A program made the position numbers and the translations under genes. A stretch of DNA of 64,000 bases from an uncultured Pseudomonadota bacterium (GTDB lineage: Bacteria; Babelota; Babeliae; Babelales; Vermiphilaceae), in NCBI GenBank assembly GCA_964417975.1, contig CAYQJQ010000003.1:35413-99412 (forward strand). The letters run 5' to 3'. The notes below the pieces were generated by a model. It made no database searches. It was given only the letters and a program-made list of their open reading frames with translations, and was not told the DNA's origin. Below are positions 54,935-64,000 of the stretch, piece after piece; within the stretch, counting starts at the first letter, position 1; each line of letters opens with the position of its first letter.

Positions 54935-55879
54935 TTATTTAAATTCTATAATTATAGTTTTATTACGGACCCAGACAGGGAACACCATTGATCGCAAGGC
55001 CGTTTTAACAGAAACATCATACAATAGTACCCCAGAAGATTGTTCAATAACCAACGATGTCATCGCAAGTTGTGCATCAAAGGTCATGCGTACCACACAT
55101 GAATGCAATGGGGAAACGCCAACGGGGGGATGCCAGCAATTCAGTAATGCTGCATGCATTTCATACTCTTTTTCATTTAATGTATTTTGCTCACCGGACA
55201 CATCAATCAATAAGTGCGCGCCCCGTTCATCGTCGGTTGTTTCTTCTGAAGGCGCCTCATCGCTCGGTGCAACTGCAGTATAACGCTCCTGCACCACTGG
55301 ATGATTAACAACTGGAGACGGTACAGTCTGCTTATCAGCAGGCTCTTTTTTAACCGGATTAACGGTAACGGTTTTATCTTGTTTTTTGATGCAGTGATCA
55401 GATGCAACTTCTTTTTGCAAATCTTTTTGAGAAGTAACCAACTGATTATTTTTTGGCGTTTTTTTGTTCTTTTTTTTACTTTTATCACCCATTACAACAG
55501 AAGCTGTTGATACAGGTACATGCTGACTAACTATAGATGGCATCGGCGCATTGATTACCGTAGACACTCCGTTTTTCGGAGCAACGGCAACCACATTACC
55601 CCCCATTTTTTTACTTCCTGTTTTAAGCATTTTTTTTTCTTTCATTGCGCCACGAAACGGCACTAAGCGCACACCAATAACATTATCATATTGCTGCATC
55701 TTGGTAATCGATAATTTCAATGGTCTATCAATACACCACCCAATCAACGTCACCAGCAAGAAAAAAAATCCATGACACAATAAAGAAACCGTCAACCAAC
55801 GCGCATAAAAAAGAAAAATATTATACTGTCTTTTTATGCTTTGGCTCCATGGCAAATACCACATTATGCAATCCATCAA
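54935..55879 (-). CDS. tolA: TolA/TonB-like protein (N-terminal anchor, K/P/V-rich linker, TonB_C-like domain)
   Basis: It has a TM helix (WLTVSLLCHGFFFLLVTLIGW), a lysine-rich linker and a C-terminal segment (LLNCWHPPVG...VVRMTFD...LVIEQSSGVLLYDVSVKTAL) resembling the TonB/TolA C-terminal fold. The start is uncertain because the ORF overlaps tolR by 59 nt. Confidence 0.55.
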   Translation of the reverse strand: MMDCIMWYLPWSQSIKRQYNIFLFYARWLTVSLLCHGFFFLLVTLIGWCIDRPLKLSITKMQQYDNVIGVRLVPFRGAMKEKKMLKTGSKKMGGNVVAVAPKNGVSTVINAPMPSIVSQHVPVSTASVVMGDKSKKKNKKTPKNNQLVTSQKDLQKEVASDHCIKKQDKTVTVNPVKKEPADKQTVPSPVVNHPVVQERYTAVAPSDEAPSEETTDDERGAHLLIDVSGEQNTLNEKEYEMHAALLNCWHPPVGVSPLHSCVVRMTFDAQLAMTSLVIEQSSGVLLYDVSVKTALRSMVFPVWVRNKTIIIEFK

Positions 55880-56258
55880 TCTGTTTTAAATCAGCCACTA
55901 ATTCAACAACGTCCCCAAATACACACCCCTTATCGGCATGAACAAACAACGTATCACGTGATGCAACGCGCATTTTTATCGCTGCAAATAATGCCTGCAA
56001 AGAACCTTTTTTGTACACAACATCAGAGAACGTCATGCCTCCATGTTTATCAATATATAACACCAGTTCCTGTGACGCCTGCGTAGCCTCTTGAACGTCA
56101 CCCTTCGGCAACTGAACCCGCATAGCGCGATGAACTACTGGCGATGCAACCATAAAAATCACCAACAACGTTAGTGCCGTATCGATCAACGGAGTTAATG
56201 AAATATCAGTTATCGGCCTAATTCTTGTTCGGCCCCGACGGAAACGTTCGTTGAACAT
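55821..56258 (-). CDS. tolR: biopolymer transport protein TolR/ExbD
   Basis: RRGRTRIRPITDISLTPLIDTALTLLVIFMV is the typical ExbD/TolR N-terminus and TM helix; 145 aa. Confidence 0.8.
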   Translation of the reverse strand: MFNERFRRGRTRIRPITDISLTPLIDTALTLLVIFMVASPVVHRAMRVQLPKGDVQEATQASQELVLYIDKHGGMTFSDVVYKKGSLQALFAAIKMRVASRDTLFVHADKGCVFGDVVELVADLKQIDGLHNVVFAMEPKHKKTV

Positions 56259-56926
56259 AACCCCTCTTTATATGGATAATGGGTGGTATACAGTGCATGT
56301 GTTTTATCAGCCAAACGATACAATTGTGACTCTATTTCACGCAATCGCACACCAATATAGTAATTCATCACCAAAGCAGGAATAGCAACTAAAAGTCCTG
56401 CAAGCGTCGTAATTAACGCTTCAGCAACACCCGGCGCCACCGTTGCAATATCTGCCGTACGCGCTTGACTCATATCAATAAACGCATGAATCAATCCCCA
56501 CACGGTTCCCAAAAGACCAAGAAGTGGCGCAATAGCTGCACAGACGGACAAAAATCCGGTAGAGCGTTCATCGTGAGACATCATATCATCGATAACAATT
56601 GCCGTATCACGCGCTAATAATTCTTGCAAAAAGGCACCCTGTGGAATCGCCTCATATTTTTTATACATACTCATTACAGATAACACCAAATATCCTGGAG
56701 CAGTTTTAACATACTCACTCACAAACGCATGCACATCATTAACCGTCTTGGCAAGCTTGAGTCGTCCTTCTACAGCGGCACTATCCCGCAATTTAATCCG
56801 TAACAAAACAATTTTAGCAAAAAAGAGCGCCCAACAGACCACAGAGCAACCAAGGAGTAATAATAATACTGCTTTGCTCACCATATCTGATTGAGCAATC
56901 AATAACCATAATTCATTTTTAATCAT
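56210..56926 (-). CDS. tolQ: TolQ/ExbB/MotA-family proton channel
   Basis: It has three TM helices, with the conserved segment IAPLLGLLGTVWGLIHAF...VAPGVAEALITTLAGLLVAIPA. Confidence 0.85.
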   Translation of the reverse strand: MIKNELWLLIAQSDMVSKAVLLLLLGCSVVCWALFFAKIVLLRIKLRDSAAVEGRLKLAKTVNDVHAFVSEYVKTAPGYLVLSVMSMYKKYEAIPQGAFLQELLARDTAIVIDDMMSHDERSTGFLSVCAAIAPLLGLLGTVWGLIHAFIDMSQARTADIATVAPGVAEALITTLAGLLVAIPALVMNYYIGVRLREIESQLYRLADKTHALYTTHYPYKEGLCSTNVSVGAEQELGR

Positions 56927-57016
56927 ATTCGCACACTTTCATTCGACATATCTTTGCTATCATTAGCGGTAGTCTAACAAAAGAAGACTAATATTGGAAA
57001 ATAAATATTAAAATCA

Positions 57017-58414
57017 TCAATTATTATGCTTATTATCTAATAATATGCTCAACAATGCTTCACGATTAGTTATACCTTGCTCAATTTGCAACTGATATGA
57101 TCTTTTTATATAAGTGCCAATATTAGGGCCAGGTGCTATATATGGCATCAGATCTTTTCCCGTAATAATTGGTTCTTCCGGGTGATACAAGACGCCGGCC
57201 TGTTTAGCATATGCAATAAACCTCTCTATCAAGGAATCAGGATGTAAAAAAGGAATGGAGCTTGCCGGATTGCGACCTGCCCGATCAGCACGTGCGACAT
57301 CAGCGAGCATAGCAATACTCACACGCCGCCCCAGTTCATAGGCCAATGTTTTATAGGCTGGTAGTGGTGCATCACTCGTCACCAACCGTAATGGATGCAT
57401 ATGATACTTCACGAGCCGAACAATATCATCCGTCATATTTTTTTTATGCGTTAACGTTGCCAACACGGCAGGCACCATATTGGCACCATATTCAGCATGT
57501 CCCGGACTTCGTAACACACCATCAATAGCAATGGTCGTATGGGCCTTGCCTATATCATGCAGTAAAACACTTAATAAAATCACCATCCGGTTTTGGTGGT
57601 CATACGAACGGGTATAATATGCCACAGCATCAAGCGCCTGCATAGTATGTTCAAAAACCGTGCCCTCAGGATGATAGTCAGGACGTTGATTGACACTAGT
57701 CAATGCGCCAATAGCAGGCAATAATTCGCTGAGTCTACTAATAGATAACAGCCAGCGAAACCCCAGCGACGGACGATCTGAATCGCACAGTAACCGTTCA
57801 TATTCATATGCAATACGTTCAAGAGAAATATTTGCAAGGGACATTGAATGGCATAGGGCATTCAATGTAGGGTCTGGCTCCATACCCAACACACCGGTAA
57901 AACGCATAACACGAAAAAAACGCAATGGATCTTCGATAAACGTATGCTGATTAGGCGCACGTAAAATACCTTCCTTGAGATCCTGGTACCCATTGTAGGG
58001 ATCAATTAAGGTATTATCAGTCAAATCAACCCCAAGAGCATTTATCGTCAAATCACGTCGCCCAAAAGCCTCAGAAAACGATAATAATGGCTGCAAGGTA
58101 ACTGATGGCTTACGCCCAGCACTATCACTACGCGGCAATGACCAATCAATCTGCATGCCACGCACGCGAAAAACACCAAATGCTTTACCATCAAAACCTA
58201 GGTGACCATAATTGCGTAAAATAGAACTCAACTGTTCATACGTGATACCATAGACTTCGACATCATAATCTTTAATAGGACGCGACAATAACCAATCACG
58301 GACGGTACCACCAACTAATAACGCTGTACCGCCAGCAGCACGAATCTCGGTCACGATTGATTGCGCAATAGGATACTGCTCAAAAAAATAAGATGGTAGT
58401 AATGGTAATTTCAT
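57017..58414 (-). CDS. cca: CCA-adding tRNA nucleotidyltransferase with an HD domain
   Basis: The class II nucleotidyltransferase head is GGTVRDWLLSRPIKDYDVEV, with RRDLTINAL. The HD domain motif is LLHDIGK. Confidence 0.85.
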   Translation of the reverse strand: MKLPLLPSYFFEQYPIAQSIVTEIRAAGGTALLVGGTVRDWLLSRPIKDYDVEVYGITYEQLSSILRNYGHLGFDGKAFGVFRVRGMQIDWSLPRSDSAGRKPSVTLQPLLSFSEAFGRRDLTINALGVDLTDNTLIDPYNGYQDLKEGILRAPNQHTFIEDPLRFFRVMRFTGVLGMEPDPTLNALCHSMSLANISLERIAYEYERLLCDSDRPSLGFRWLLSISRLSELLPAIGALTSVNQRPDYHPEGTVFEHTMQALDAVAYYTRSYDHQNRMVILLSVLLHDIGKAHTTIAIDGVLRSPGHAEYGANMVPAVLATLTHKKNMTDDIVRLVKYHMHPLRLVTSDAPLPAYKTLAYELGRRVSIAMLADVARADRAGRNPASSIPFLHPDSLIERFIAYAKQAGVLYHPEEPIITGKDLMPYIAPGPNIGTYIKRSYQLQIEQGITNREALLSILLDNKHNN

Positions 58415-58607
58415 GTATCAACACCTATGGGTCCCGAAAATACGATATTTACTAAGGTACTATACACAAAAAAATGAATTGGAAAAACAGTATGTATATA
58501 AAAACACATTACGTACAAATAAAAATAAGTTAAGCTTTTCAAAAAAAATAATTGGCATAAAATTTACCATAAAATTAAAGTAATATTTAAAAACGTAAGG
58601 ACAATAA

Positions 58608-59048
58608 ATGATCTCCATGAAAAATATAGGTCGCTGTTTAGCACTATGCCTAGTTACAACATTGATAAGCATGCCTAATACTACTCATTCGAGTTACAAA
58701 ATAGTCGATATTTTGGAGTATGAAACTGAAAATGTCATCTATCCAATTTATCAACAACCCGAATGGTTATCAAAAACTAAGATGGCGATCGTAGACACCG
58801 CAGTGTTTTTAGATAAAAAAATACCAAATGAAGTAAAAACTATAGGCACTTTTATATGGGAACATAAAAAGCCAATAAGTATAGCCACAATACATCTACT
58901 AGGTTTCTTCTTAATTCCTAATGATACATGTAGAATATTAATACCCGTTTCTCTTGGAACTTCTTTCTTCAAATTTATGAATGATAATCCAGAATCATTC
59001 GCACAATCACATGAGATACACAATATGTATGCATATATTAAAAATTAA
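58608..59048 (+). CDS. hypothetical exported/membrane protein
   Basis: An SD (aagga) precedes the ATG. It has a signal-like N-terminus (IGRCLALCLVTTLISMP), a second hydrophobic segment, and a terminator downstream. I recognise no family. Confidence 0.35.
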   Translation: MISMKNIGRCLALCLVTTLISMPNTTHSSYKIVDILEYETENVIYPIYQQPEWLSKTKMAIVDTAVFLDKKIPNEVKTIGTFIWEHKKPISIATIHLLGFFLIPNDTCRILIPVSLGTSFFKFMNDNPESFAQSHEIHNMYAYIKN

Positions 59049-59094
59049 GCAATTTTTTGCCCAAGTATCACGTTTCATACTTCCCAATTAATAT

Positions 59095-59136
59095 TCGAAT
59101 GCGACTAGTGAAAACTGTTTGCATTCGATTTTTTTT
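59095..59136 (+). terminator. rho-independent terminator
   Basis: The stem is tcgaatgc (59095-59102) / gcattcga (59121-59128), followed by a run of 8 T (59129-59136). Confidence 0.6.
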
Positions 59137-59141
59137 GTTAA

Positions 59142-59561
59142 TTATGCACTCTTTGTAATCAATTTTTTTGCGTTCGTAACTTTAGCAACCAACTCTTCAC
59201 ATGCAATACGAATATCCTCCATCTCTTTTTTAACTGCAGCTATTTTTTCTGCATCCGCCTTATCCAAAAATGTAGCATCTGCACGTAGATAGTCATGCAA
59301 TTCAGTCAACATAGCCTCTTCTAGTAGCGACAACGATGACACGGTCTTTGCTACAGTCACGACCAGAGGCCCCACAGTATCAGTCATCAATTCTTCTTTT
59401 TGCTTGGCAAGAGACGGCTTTCGATCTTTTTTCGCTGCAGCAGATTTAACATAGGAAACCTGGCCCACTGATTCGTCTTGCTTACTCCGCTCACCGCAAT
59501 CCAGCACACAGACGGCGCACAACATGCTACTGACCCATGTAATTAATACTCGGCGTTTCAT
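59142..59561 (-). CDS. hypothetical exported helical protein
   Basis: It has a signal-like N-terminus (MKRRVLITWVSSMLCAVCVLDCG, with a non-canonical lipobox). The remainder is K/E/A-rich and helical. A 4-nt overlap (atga) with pgsA suggests translational coupling. Confidence 0.4.
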   Translation of the reverse strand: MKRRVLITWVSSMLCAVCVLDCGERSKQDESVGQVSYVKSAAAKKDRKPSLAKQKEELMTDTVGPLVVTVAKTVSSLSLLEEAMLTELHDYLRADATFLDKADAEKIAAVKKEMEDIRIACEELVAKVTNAKKLITKSA

Positions 59562-60169
59562 ACTCTATCCCCTATATTTTTAAGCATTCCCACAAGCAGC
59601 TGAAGACCAATAGCACTATATTGTAGAAACGTACCTAACACACAGCATGCCAAAACAGCAAGCAATACTGAATACGTTTTTATGGGCATACAGCCAAACG
59701 CCTGACATAATGCAATCCAGATCACCATTGCTAACTGCAATGCCATAGTTCCTTTACCCAGCATAGTTGGCTGAATATAACAGGTACCGCACCACATAAA
59801 TACTAAAAGCCCACCCACCAACTGTATGAGTTCTTTAATCAGCAAAAGAAATATAAACCAGGGAGGAATAATAAAATGAGGAAGTCGAATTGATGCCAAT
59901 GCCCAAAAACTGGCTATCATCAAGATTTTATCTGCTAAGGGATCCAACATGGCACCTAATAATGTCCGCTCATCACGTAAACGCGCCAACTCACCATCAA
60001 AAAAATCGGTCAATCCAGCAATAACTAACAAAATTAACGCGCTGTACCACCAGTGACACAGAATAAAAAAAACCACAAACGGCACTAAAAAAAATCGCGC
60101 TATGGTTAACTGAGTTGATAGGGTAATTCTTCTCTCATGTGGTGGTAACAGATCAAACAAAAAAAACAT
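59558..60169 (-). CDS. pgsA: CDP-alcohol phosphatidyltransferase (phosphatidylglycerophosphate synthase-like)
   Basis: The signature DG-x2-AR-x8-G-x3-D-x3-D is present exactly, as DGELARLRDERTLLGAMLDPLAD. It is a polytopic membrane protein. Confidence 0.8.
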   Translation of the reverse strand: MFFLFDLLPPHERRITLSTQLTIARFFLVPFVVFFILCHWWYSALILLVIAGLTDFFDGELARLRDERTLLGAMLDPLADKILMIASFWALASIRLPHFIIPPWFIFLLLIKELIQLVGGLLVFMWCGTCYIQPTMLGKGTMALQLAMVIWIALCQAFGCMPIKTYSVLLAVLACCVLGTFLQYSAIGLQLLVGMLKNIGDRV

Positions 60170-60179
60170 TCACCATCTC

Positions 60180-61277
60180 CTAAGTTTCAAACTCACTTAT
60201 AGGAAGCGTATCATGTGCAATAATACCACTACCCAAACATATCGTATCGACATAGACTGCTGCAAATTGCCCTGGCGCAATACCTTGGTCACGCTCCCCC
60301 AGATATAAAATCGATTTCGATTCATCTTGTGGCACATGCATTGCAGGAATCATAACTGGACCATGGCGCATTTTAATCAAAACATCCTGTTTTTTTGGTT
60401 TACCAGCAATCCAATTGCACGATTCAATAACAACCAGATCCCGTTTCTTTTCATCACTATAGTAGTTTTTTGACACATACACACAATTGGCAACGGTATC
60501 TTTTGCAACGACATACCACGGACCGCCACCAAGACCAATGCCTTGACGCTGGCCAATAGTATAAAACCAATATCCGTCATGCATACCTAACACAGTACCG
60601 GTCTCATATTCACGCAACTCGCCTTTCTTGGTGCCCAAATAATGCCCAACAAATTCCTTGAATTTCAGCTTACCCAAAAAACAGATTCCCTGACTATCTT
60701 TTCGATCCTTATTAGGGAGATTATGCATGTGGGCATATTCACGTACCTGCCACTTATACAGATGACCAATGGGAAATATAAGTCGTGCAAGTTGCTGTTG
60801 TGTTAGGTGCGATAGAAAATATGATTGATCTTTCACTGGATCAGGAGCCTGCACCAATACATACTGATTACCGATACGCTTTTTTTGCGCATAGTGACCA
60901 CTGGCAATTGCATCATATCCCGTTCCGATATGTTTTAAAAAAACACCAAACTTAATTCTACTATTACACAAGACATCAGGATTAGGAGTACGCCCAGCTT
61001 CTACCTCACGAATAGTATGCAATACCACCTCATCATGGTACTCTTTTTGCAAGGAAACTATTTCTAACGGGACCCCTACCTGCTGGCATACCGCCTGAAC
61101 ATACTGCAGATCCTCTTGCCACGGACAATTACCTAAGTAACTCAGTTCATCCTCAAGCCAGATTTTTAAGTAATAGGCCGTCAGATCATGCCCTTCAGCT
61201 TTCAAGAGATGTAAAGCAACCGAGCTATCAACCCCACCGGAAACAAGCACTGCAATTTTCATACGTTCACCATTCAT
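60180..61277 (-). CDS. mnmA: tRNA-specific 2-thiouridylase
   Basis: The PP-loop is KIAVLVSGGVDSSVA, and the KDSQGICFLG motif is present. The start is possibly the Met at 61262 (MKIAVLV). Confidence 0.9.
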   Translation of the reverse strand: MNGERMKIAVLVSGGVDSSVALHLLKAEGHDLTAYYLKIWLEDELSYLGNCPWQEDLQYVQAVCQQVGVPLEIVSLQKEYHDEVVLHTIREVEAGRTPNPDVLCNSRIKFGVFLKHIGTGYDAIASGHYAQKKRIGNQYVLVQAPDPVKDQSYFLSHLTQQQLARLIFPIGHLYKWQVREYAHMHNLPNKDRKDSQGICFLGKLKFKEFVGHYLGTKKGELREYETGTVLGMHDGYWFYTIGQRQGIGLGGGPWYVVAKDTVANCVYVSKNYYSDEKKRDLVVIESCNWIAGKPKKQDVLIKMRHGPVMIPAMHVPQDESKSILYLGERDQGIAPGQFAAVYVDTICLGSGIIAHDTLPISEFET

Positions 61278-61354
61278 TCACCACCACCAAATAACAGGAC
61301 TCTATTCAAGTCCCAGGTACGCACAACGGATTTAAGGTACAGAACTCAGTAACA

Positions 61355-61999
61355 TTAAAAAGGAAGCTCATCCTCAAATGGCGGTTCATCTTTAAAGGTC
61401 ATGGCGTCTACATCTTCCAAGATACCACCAGCTATGCCATCAGTTTTTTTAGGAGCTTTTTTCTGAATTTGTGCCTTAGCAGCTGCTCGCTCCTTGATTT
61501 GTTCAATTTGACCAAGTAACTCTTTTTCAAGGGCAAATTGAGGGCCCGATTGAGCTGCCATATTAGGAGTGGAAACAGGGCGCGCTGCTGCTACTTTTTT
61601 ACCGGCATCCATGTTCAATGATTCATCTTCAACGTTGGCTGACTGTCCATCAGATGCGCCAGTATTGGCTGGTAGAAATTCAACTCTATCGGCTAAAATT
61701 GAGTGTTTGGAACGCATTTGACCATTTTGTTCATCTTTCCATGAATCATATTTCAGTCTACCTTCAACCAAAACTGGCCGCCCCTTACTGAGATACTGTT
61801 TACAGCTTTCAGCTTGATATCCCCATACATCGACATCAATATAGCACACTTCTTGAGTAACAGCACCGGTCTGTTTATTTTTAAACTGACGATTAACCGC
61901 AACACCAAGACGACATACCGCTTGCCCTGAGCTCAACTGCTTGTACTCAGGATCACGAGTTAAATTACCAATAATCAAAATTTTATTATAGCTAGCCAT
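61355..61999 (-). CDS. ssb: single-stranded DNA-binding protein with a long linker and an acidic tip
   Basis: The OB fold begins NKILIIGNLTRDPEYKQLSSGQAVCRLGVAVNR. A long disordered linker follows, and the C-terminus is FEDELPF (the DDDIPF-type tip). Confidence 0.9.
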   Translation of the reverse strand: MASYNKILIIGNLTRDPEYKQLSSGQAVCRLGVAVNRQFKNKQTGAVTQEVCYIDVDVWGYQAESCKQYLSKGRPVLVEGRLKYDSWKDEQNGQMRSKHSILADRVEFLPANTGASDGQSANVEDESLNMDAGKKVAAARPVSTPNMAAQSGPQFALEKELLGQIEQIKERAAAKAQIQKKAPKKTDGIAGGILEDVDAMTFKDEPPFEDELPF

Positions 62000-62163
62000 T
62001 AAGATCCTTTATCGGTTAAAAACACATAAGTATACATAAAAAGTATACAAAATATACCCAATATTACCAGAGATAGAACACCATGAGTTAAAGTAGATAA
62101 ATCATGAATAAGTCACTCAGCAAAGTAACGCTGAATAGGCAATAGTACATAAAAATAGGTATA

Positions 62164-62239
62164 TGGTGGAGCTAACCGGGTTTGAACCGGTGGCCTCATG
62201 CATGCCATGCATGCGCTCTACCAACTGAGCTATAGCCCC
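62164..62239 (-). tRNA. tRNA-Ala (anticodon GGC), CCA encoded
   Basis: The reverse complement folds as acceptor GGGGCTA/TAGCTCC, including the G3-U70 alanine identity pair, with anticodon stem CATGC/GCATG, loop ATGGCAT and T-loop TTCAAAC. Confidence 0.9.
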
Positions 62240-62317
62240 ATATCATCTATATAGGTATAATGATAACAGTAATTATCATATCGTATTGTCCATAAAATTG
62301 CAAAAACATCAAATCTC

Positions 62318-63499
62318 ATGGTTTCATTAATAAAAATCAAAAGCACCACCCCCCCAAAACCAGAATCTTTGGCGATGGATTGGCATATTCCCAAAACAAG
62401 CGGCATTTTGGAAAACTCACTTTTTTTTACCCTCAGCGATTCAACTATTGAAGTACTCAACTGGTATGCTTCCATTACCCCAGTGGCATGGTTTGATCAA
62501 CGCACTATGCGCCCCAAAAAGAAGTATTCCGGCGATTTCACGATCACGCTCCTCCTATCGCATAAACCAAAACTACCGGTCTCTATTTATGCCTCATACT
62601 ACGACACTTACCTCAGAGCATTTGCGCAACAAAGCGTACTCGTAGATACAATAAAACCGGTTCTCACTCATGATCAAAAGACAGAAGCAGCATGTGAACC
62701 TGAAATAAACCAGAGCACACGTACCTACCAACGGGTACCTGAGCCTTTATATCGGTATCCAGGTTTTTTATACAATTCAGATACGTATTTTATACTCATC
62801 GCCTGTAGTATGAACATACTAACGACACACGCAACACAAACTACACTTCATTCATTATCTATTATACATACCATATCAGCATCACTAACAGCACTAATGG
62901 CTGCCTATAGTATCATGCATGGACTTATCAATCTTCCTTTTTTATGTACATACCTACTGATTATATTCTGCACCATACAATGGACCCTACAGCTCATCCA
63001 GTTGCGTTCATCATCAACAACACTCGACAATGATAAACTACAAAAAGTAGCGGCAATCATACCACCCTATTGCTTAGCATTACTCTGTATGCCAAAACCG
63101 GCATACCCTTGGTTTATACTAAGCTCCGCACTTATATCACCCATAACGAGATATATGCATACTAAGTTGAATAAAAACCCCGATTATCAGGTGACACAAA
63201 AGATCAGTCTCGCAACTTATTGGTTACTACTTTTGCTTGCTATCCTTATCTACCACCTACACGACCTTCAGACACTTTTTATCAGCATCAATGGCATTAT
63301 AGTAGGATATCAACTCCTTTACAGCAGCAAAGCATTTACATATGATTCACCAAAGAATCTTTATATGAAACGTTTTGGGAATCTGTTTATCATAATCAGC
63401 CTATTGGTAATTGGATTGACACTGATCAATAGCAATCTATCATTGTTTAGTCTTATCCCACTTTCTTGCATCAATACGCTTACGTTTTTCTTCGATTAA
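62318..63499 (+). CDS. hypothetical polytopic membrane protein
   Basis: A 393-aa ORF with a soluble N-terminal portion of about 150 aa and then about 6 hydrophobic helices. I recognise no family. Its 3' end overlaps hpf convergently by 60 nt. Confidence 0.4.
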   Translation: MVSLIKIKSTTPPKPESLAMDWHIPKTSGILENSLFFTLSDSTIEVLNWYASITPVAWFDQRTMRPKKKYSGDFTITLLLSHKPKLPVSIYASYYDTYLRAFAQQSVLVDTIKPVLTHDQKTEAACEPEINQSTRTYQRVPEPLYRYPGFLYNSDTYFILIACSMNILTTHATQTTLHSLSIIHTISASLTALMAAYSIMHGLINLPFLCTYLLIIFCTIQWTLQLIQLRSSSTTLDNDKLQKVAAIIPPYCLALLCMPKPAYPWFILSSALISPITRYMHTKLNKNPDYQVTQKISLATYWLLLLLAILIYHLHDLQTLFISINGIIVGYQLLYSSKAFTYDSPKNLYMKRFGNLFIIISLLVIGLTLINSNLSLFSLIPLSCINTLTFFFD

Positions 63500-63772
63500 C
63501 AATCTATACATCCGATCTATCACCTGATCAAGTACTTTATAAAATGGATCACCTTGATGATCTTCATGACTCACTAAATCATAATGGGGAGTTTTAATAC
63601 GCAATTCGATACGATCATGTTTATGCACCTTGGAGGGCTCGAACGTTAAGTCTACATAAATAGGATCTGGTTCATGCTCAAGGAGCTTTTCAATCTTTAC
63701 CAGCTGCTTATTAGCATGTTCTTCTATTAATGAAGATGATTCAATACCACGAAACACTATACGTTTAACCAT
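63440..63772 (-). CDS. hpf: ribosome hibernation promoting factor / RaiA family (short form)
   Basis: IVFRGIESSSLIEEHANKQLVKIEKLL...IYVDLTFEP....RIELRIKTPHYDLVSHEDHQGDPFYKVLDQVIDRMYRLL follows the HPF/YfiA beta-alpha-beta-beta-beta-alpha pattern. Confidence 0.75.
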   Translation of the reverse strand: MVKRIVFRGIESSSLIEEHANKQLVKIEKLLEHEPDPIYVDLTFEPSKVHKHDRIELRIKTPHYDLVSHEDHQGDPFYKVLDQVIDRMYRLLIEEKRKRIDARKWDKTKQ

Positions 63773-63949
63773 CTTTATTCCTTTTTTTAAAAATAGTAGT
63801 ATACAACGTTCCTACGCCAAGTATACAACACCATTCAAATTTAAAATACATACCAATACAGAAATAATTTGCAATTAATTTCAAAATCATCGACCCTTGA
63901 GAAAAATTGTGACAAGCAATAACCCCACACAAAGAAAAAGGAAAAGAGA

Positions 63950-64000
63950 ATGAAGCGTGTATTGGTACTGTTGAGCATATTTTTATGCAGCAATCACTCC
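63950..64000 (+). CDS. 5' end of an exported protein (continues beyond the window)
   Basis: The ATG is preceded by the purine-rich aaaggaaaagaga. The translation MKRVLVLLSIFLCSNHS looks like a signal peptide. Only 17 codons are visible. Confidence 0.3.
   Translation, partial: MKRVLVLLSIFLCSNHS

Noticed and set aside
62029-62057. Three closely spaced (G)TATAC words upstream of ssb, considered as a possible operator (LexA-like).
   Set aside because: They do not match known SOS-box consensus forms. On the ssb strand they read as -10-like TATACT/TATATT hexamers, so ordinary promoter elements are the simpler explanation.
62230-62475. An 81-aa minus-strand ORF.
   Set aside because: It overlaps the 5' end of tRNA-Ala and the start of the + strand membrane-protein ORF. 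It has no SD or motif support.

Overview
This is a gene-dense stretch of a low-GC bacterial chromosome, AT-rich by eye. Sample 60-nt lines I counted gave about 42% GC in a core gene and about 25% GC in an accessory gene. Most of the window is housekeeping. It includes five aminoacyl-tRNA synthetases (proS, ileS, argS, thrS plus an ileS-derived paralog), replication and repair genes (dnaN-recF, dnaB, ssb, ruvC, nth, photolyase, two Xer recombinases) and translation genes (tsf-pyrH-frr, rplI, rpsT, rpmB, rpmH-rnpA, hpf, cca, mnmA). Cell-envelope genes are murD-ftsW, a class B PBP, tolQ-tolR-tolA-tolB, pgsA and ftsH. Also present are thyX, pepA, trxB, a PIN-PhoH2 ATPase and three tRNAs (Lys-CUU, Leu-UAG, Ala-GGC). 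I saw no rRNA, CRISPR array, transposase or prophage genes. Accessory, signal-peptide-bearing and partly eukaryote-like genes are interspersed: an ankyrin protein, an ATAD3-like AAA+ ATPase, a histone H1-like protein, a G/Y/S-rich low-complexity protein, a CxxC-less thioredoxin fold and secreted alpha/beta hydrolases. Together with the broken-up operons, this suggests a host-associated or intracellular diderm, possibly Dependentiae/TM6-like or similar; that is an inference only. The items most worth follow-up are: (1) an open, catalytically dead, internally deleted and internally triplicated IleRS paralog directly upstream of the real ileS; (2) a membrane-anchored NtrC-type activator-like protein whose AAA+ motifs are all degenerate; (3) an identical 38-nt 3' module shared by two adjacent secreted proteins; (4) a candidate small RNA with a consensus promoter, a terminator and a CU-rich anti-Shine-Dalgarno stretch in a 724-bp gap; (5) an orphan trio of minor-pseudopilin-like genes; (6) a three-member family of small secreted proteins. 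All homology statements are by-eye motif recognition, not database searches.
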